From: Bigelowiella natans CCMP2755
Lineage: Eukaryota > Protista > Cercozoa
Assembly (NCBI GenBank): GCA_000320545.1
Contig: ADNK01000422.1
Coordinates: forward strand, 1-64,000
Direction of reading: 5' to 3'
DNA: 64,000 nucleotides
Below are positions 62,907-64,000 of the stretch, piece after piece; position 1 is the first letter of the stretch; the number at the start of each line of letters is the position of its first letter. The notes under the pieces are model-generated. The model did not search any database. It worked only from the letters and a program-made list of their open reading frames with translations, and was not told where the DNA came from. A program made the translations under genes and the position numbers.

Positions 62907-64000
62907 ATGCAAGGCGCAAGGCAAATATCGGCTGGTGGTGGTGGCGGTTGTGGTGAGCTCCAGGTAATAACACGCATAACTATAAATAGAGAAAAGAAGA
63001 GTACGAGTACTAGTGTGGGTCAAACTAGTCGGAAGGTCTTCAAATGTTGCTCAGGAAACAACAATCACACAAGCACACATCCCATCCAGTATCAAGATGC
63101 TGAAACCATGCGTGAGAGGTTGCCCGTGCAATCGAAAAGAGATGTTGACAACCAGTGTAGCCACATATAGACTGCTCTGTTAATCCAACGAGAGAGCAAT
63201 TCGAAGCATGAGCTTCATTCGTATGCCATTCGATTCGTAGGAGTAAGTGTATGTACTCCCTACGGGTCAGGATTCGAACCATCTGTACTTCGATGAAATT
63301 TTCCTCCTTTGTCTCATTTATGTCACGCTGTACAAATTGTTGAGATATGAAAGGGTATTCGATTATTTTGATGTGTTCCAACAAAATGCAGGATGGTGCT
63401 TTACTTTGACGGGGATAGTGGTGTTGGTGGTACGACCCCACACTGGACTGCTCACACGTCTACATCTTTCATACATGTTTATTCATGATTTATGTTCTCT
63501 TGCTCATTGTTGTATTCAAACCGCAGCAATCAAACTTATGATTGCATTCAAGCAGATTTCTAAACCCACCTTTTCATTAATTTATTCGGAGGCTTTCAGC
63601 AACTTATTGTCCGTCACGAAGAAATTGTTTGGATCAAATATTGACTCTGAACTCCAGGTTGGACTTTTCTCTGCATCGTCCATGCTGGAGACCATCGAAG
63701 ACGAGCTCAACAAATTTCTACAGTAACTTGTCAAATTTAGGGAAAAGAAACAAAGAGTGGAGGAGCATATTCAGTGCCTCTTATCCTTAAACAAAACGCG
63801 ATAGGCGTACAGAGATGGCATGAATATATCTTGTTTCTGTTTGATCATACAAGGGTAATCTTTGGGGGAACTGTACATCTTAATCTGCACGCTTTGTTGC
63901 AGGGTGAAGACTGAAGGGGAAGACCCCACCCGCTACGAGCGTTACATCAACCAAAAAGTAGATCCAGATCCTGCAATATCGTAAGGAGTTTTCCTTAGTT
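62907..64000 (+). CDS. Probable start of a further multi-exon gene, runs off the window
   Basis: Exon-like segments (62907-62963|gt; ...SMLETIEDELNKFL|gt; ag|...EGEDPTRYERYINQK); no family recognised. Confidence 0.3.

Overview
Gene-dense, intron-rich eukaryotic nuclear DNA with many intronic microsatellites. A bipartite signal-plus-transit-like presequence on a plastid-type leucine aminopeptidase suggests an alga with a complex plastid, possibly a chlorarachniophyte; this is inference only. Genes in order: a NEK-like kinase (5'-truncated), an intronless U-box/P-loop GTPase/TM fusion, an ER DnaJ (ERdj3-like), a complete and very young Ty3/Gypsy LTR retrotransposon (11713-17429), RPS21 and RPL3 head-to-head, a MITE-like element, a fucosyltransferase-like gene, an NHL-repeat/pseudophosphatase fusion, a p24/TMED cargo receptor, M17 leucine aminopeptidase, a mucin-like membrane protein, a coiled-coil protein, an AhpC/TSA-type selenoprotein, PIF1, a Tudor-like protein, two unknown genes and tRNA-Gln(CTG). 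Top observations: (1) an 8-exon selenoprotein missed by the ORF track, with an in-frame TGA in a W-U-P-P-C motif and a type II SECIS in the 3' UTR; (2) the Gypsy integrase carries a C-terminal degenerate Dam/DIRS-type adenine-methyltransferase-like domain, a D-x27-E core, and the element has a +1 frame break inside RT; (3) CTAG/GCTA/TGCA-rich islands lie after gene 3' ends, mostly between convergent gene pairs, and both transposons sit in or beside them. All exon models and homologies were read by eye and need computational confirmation.
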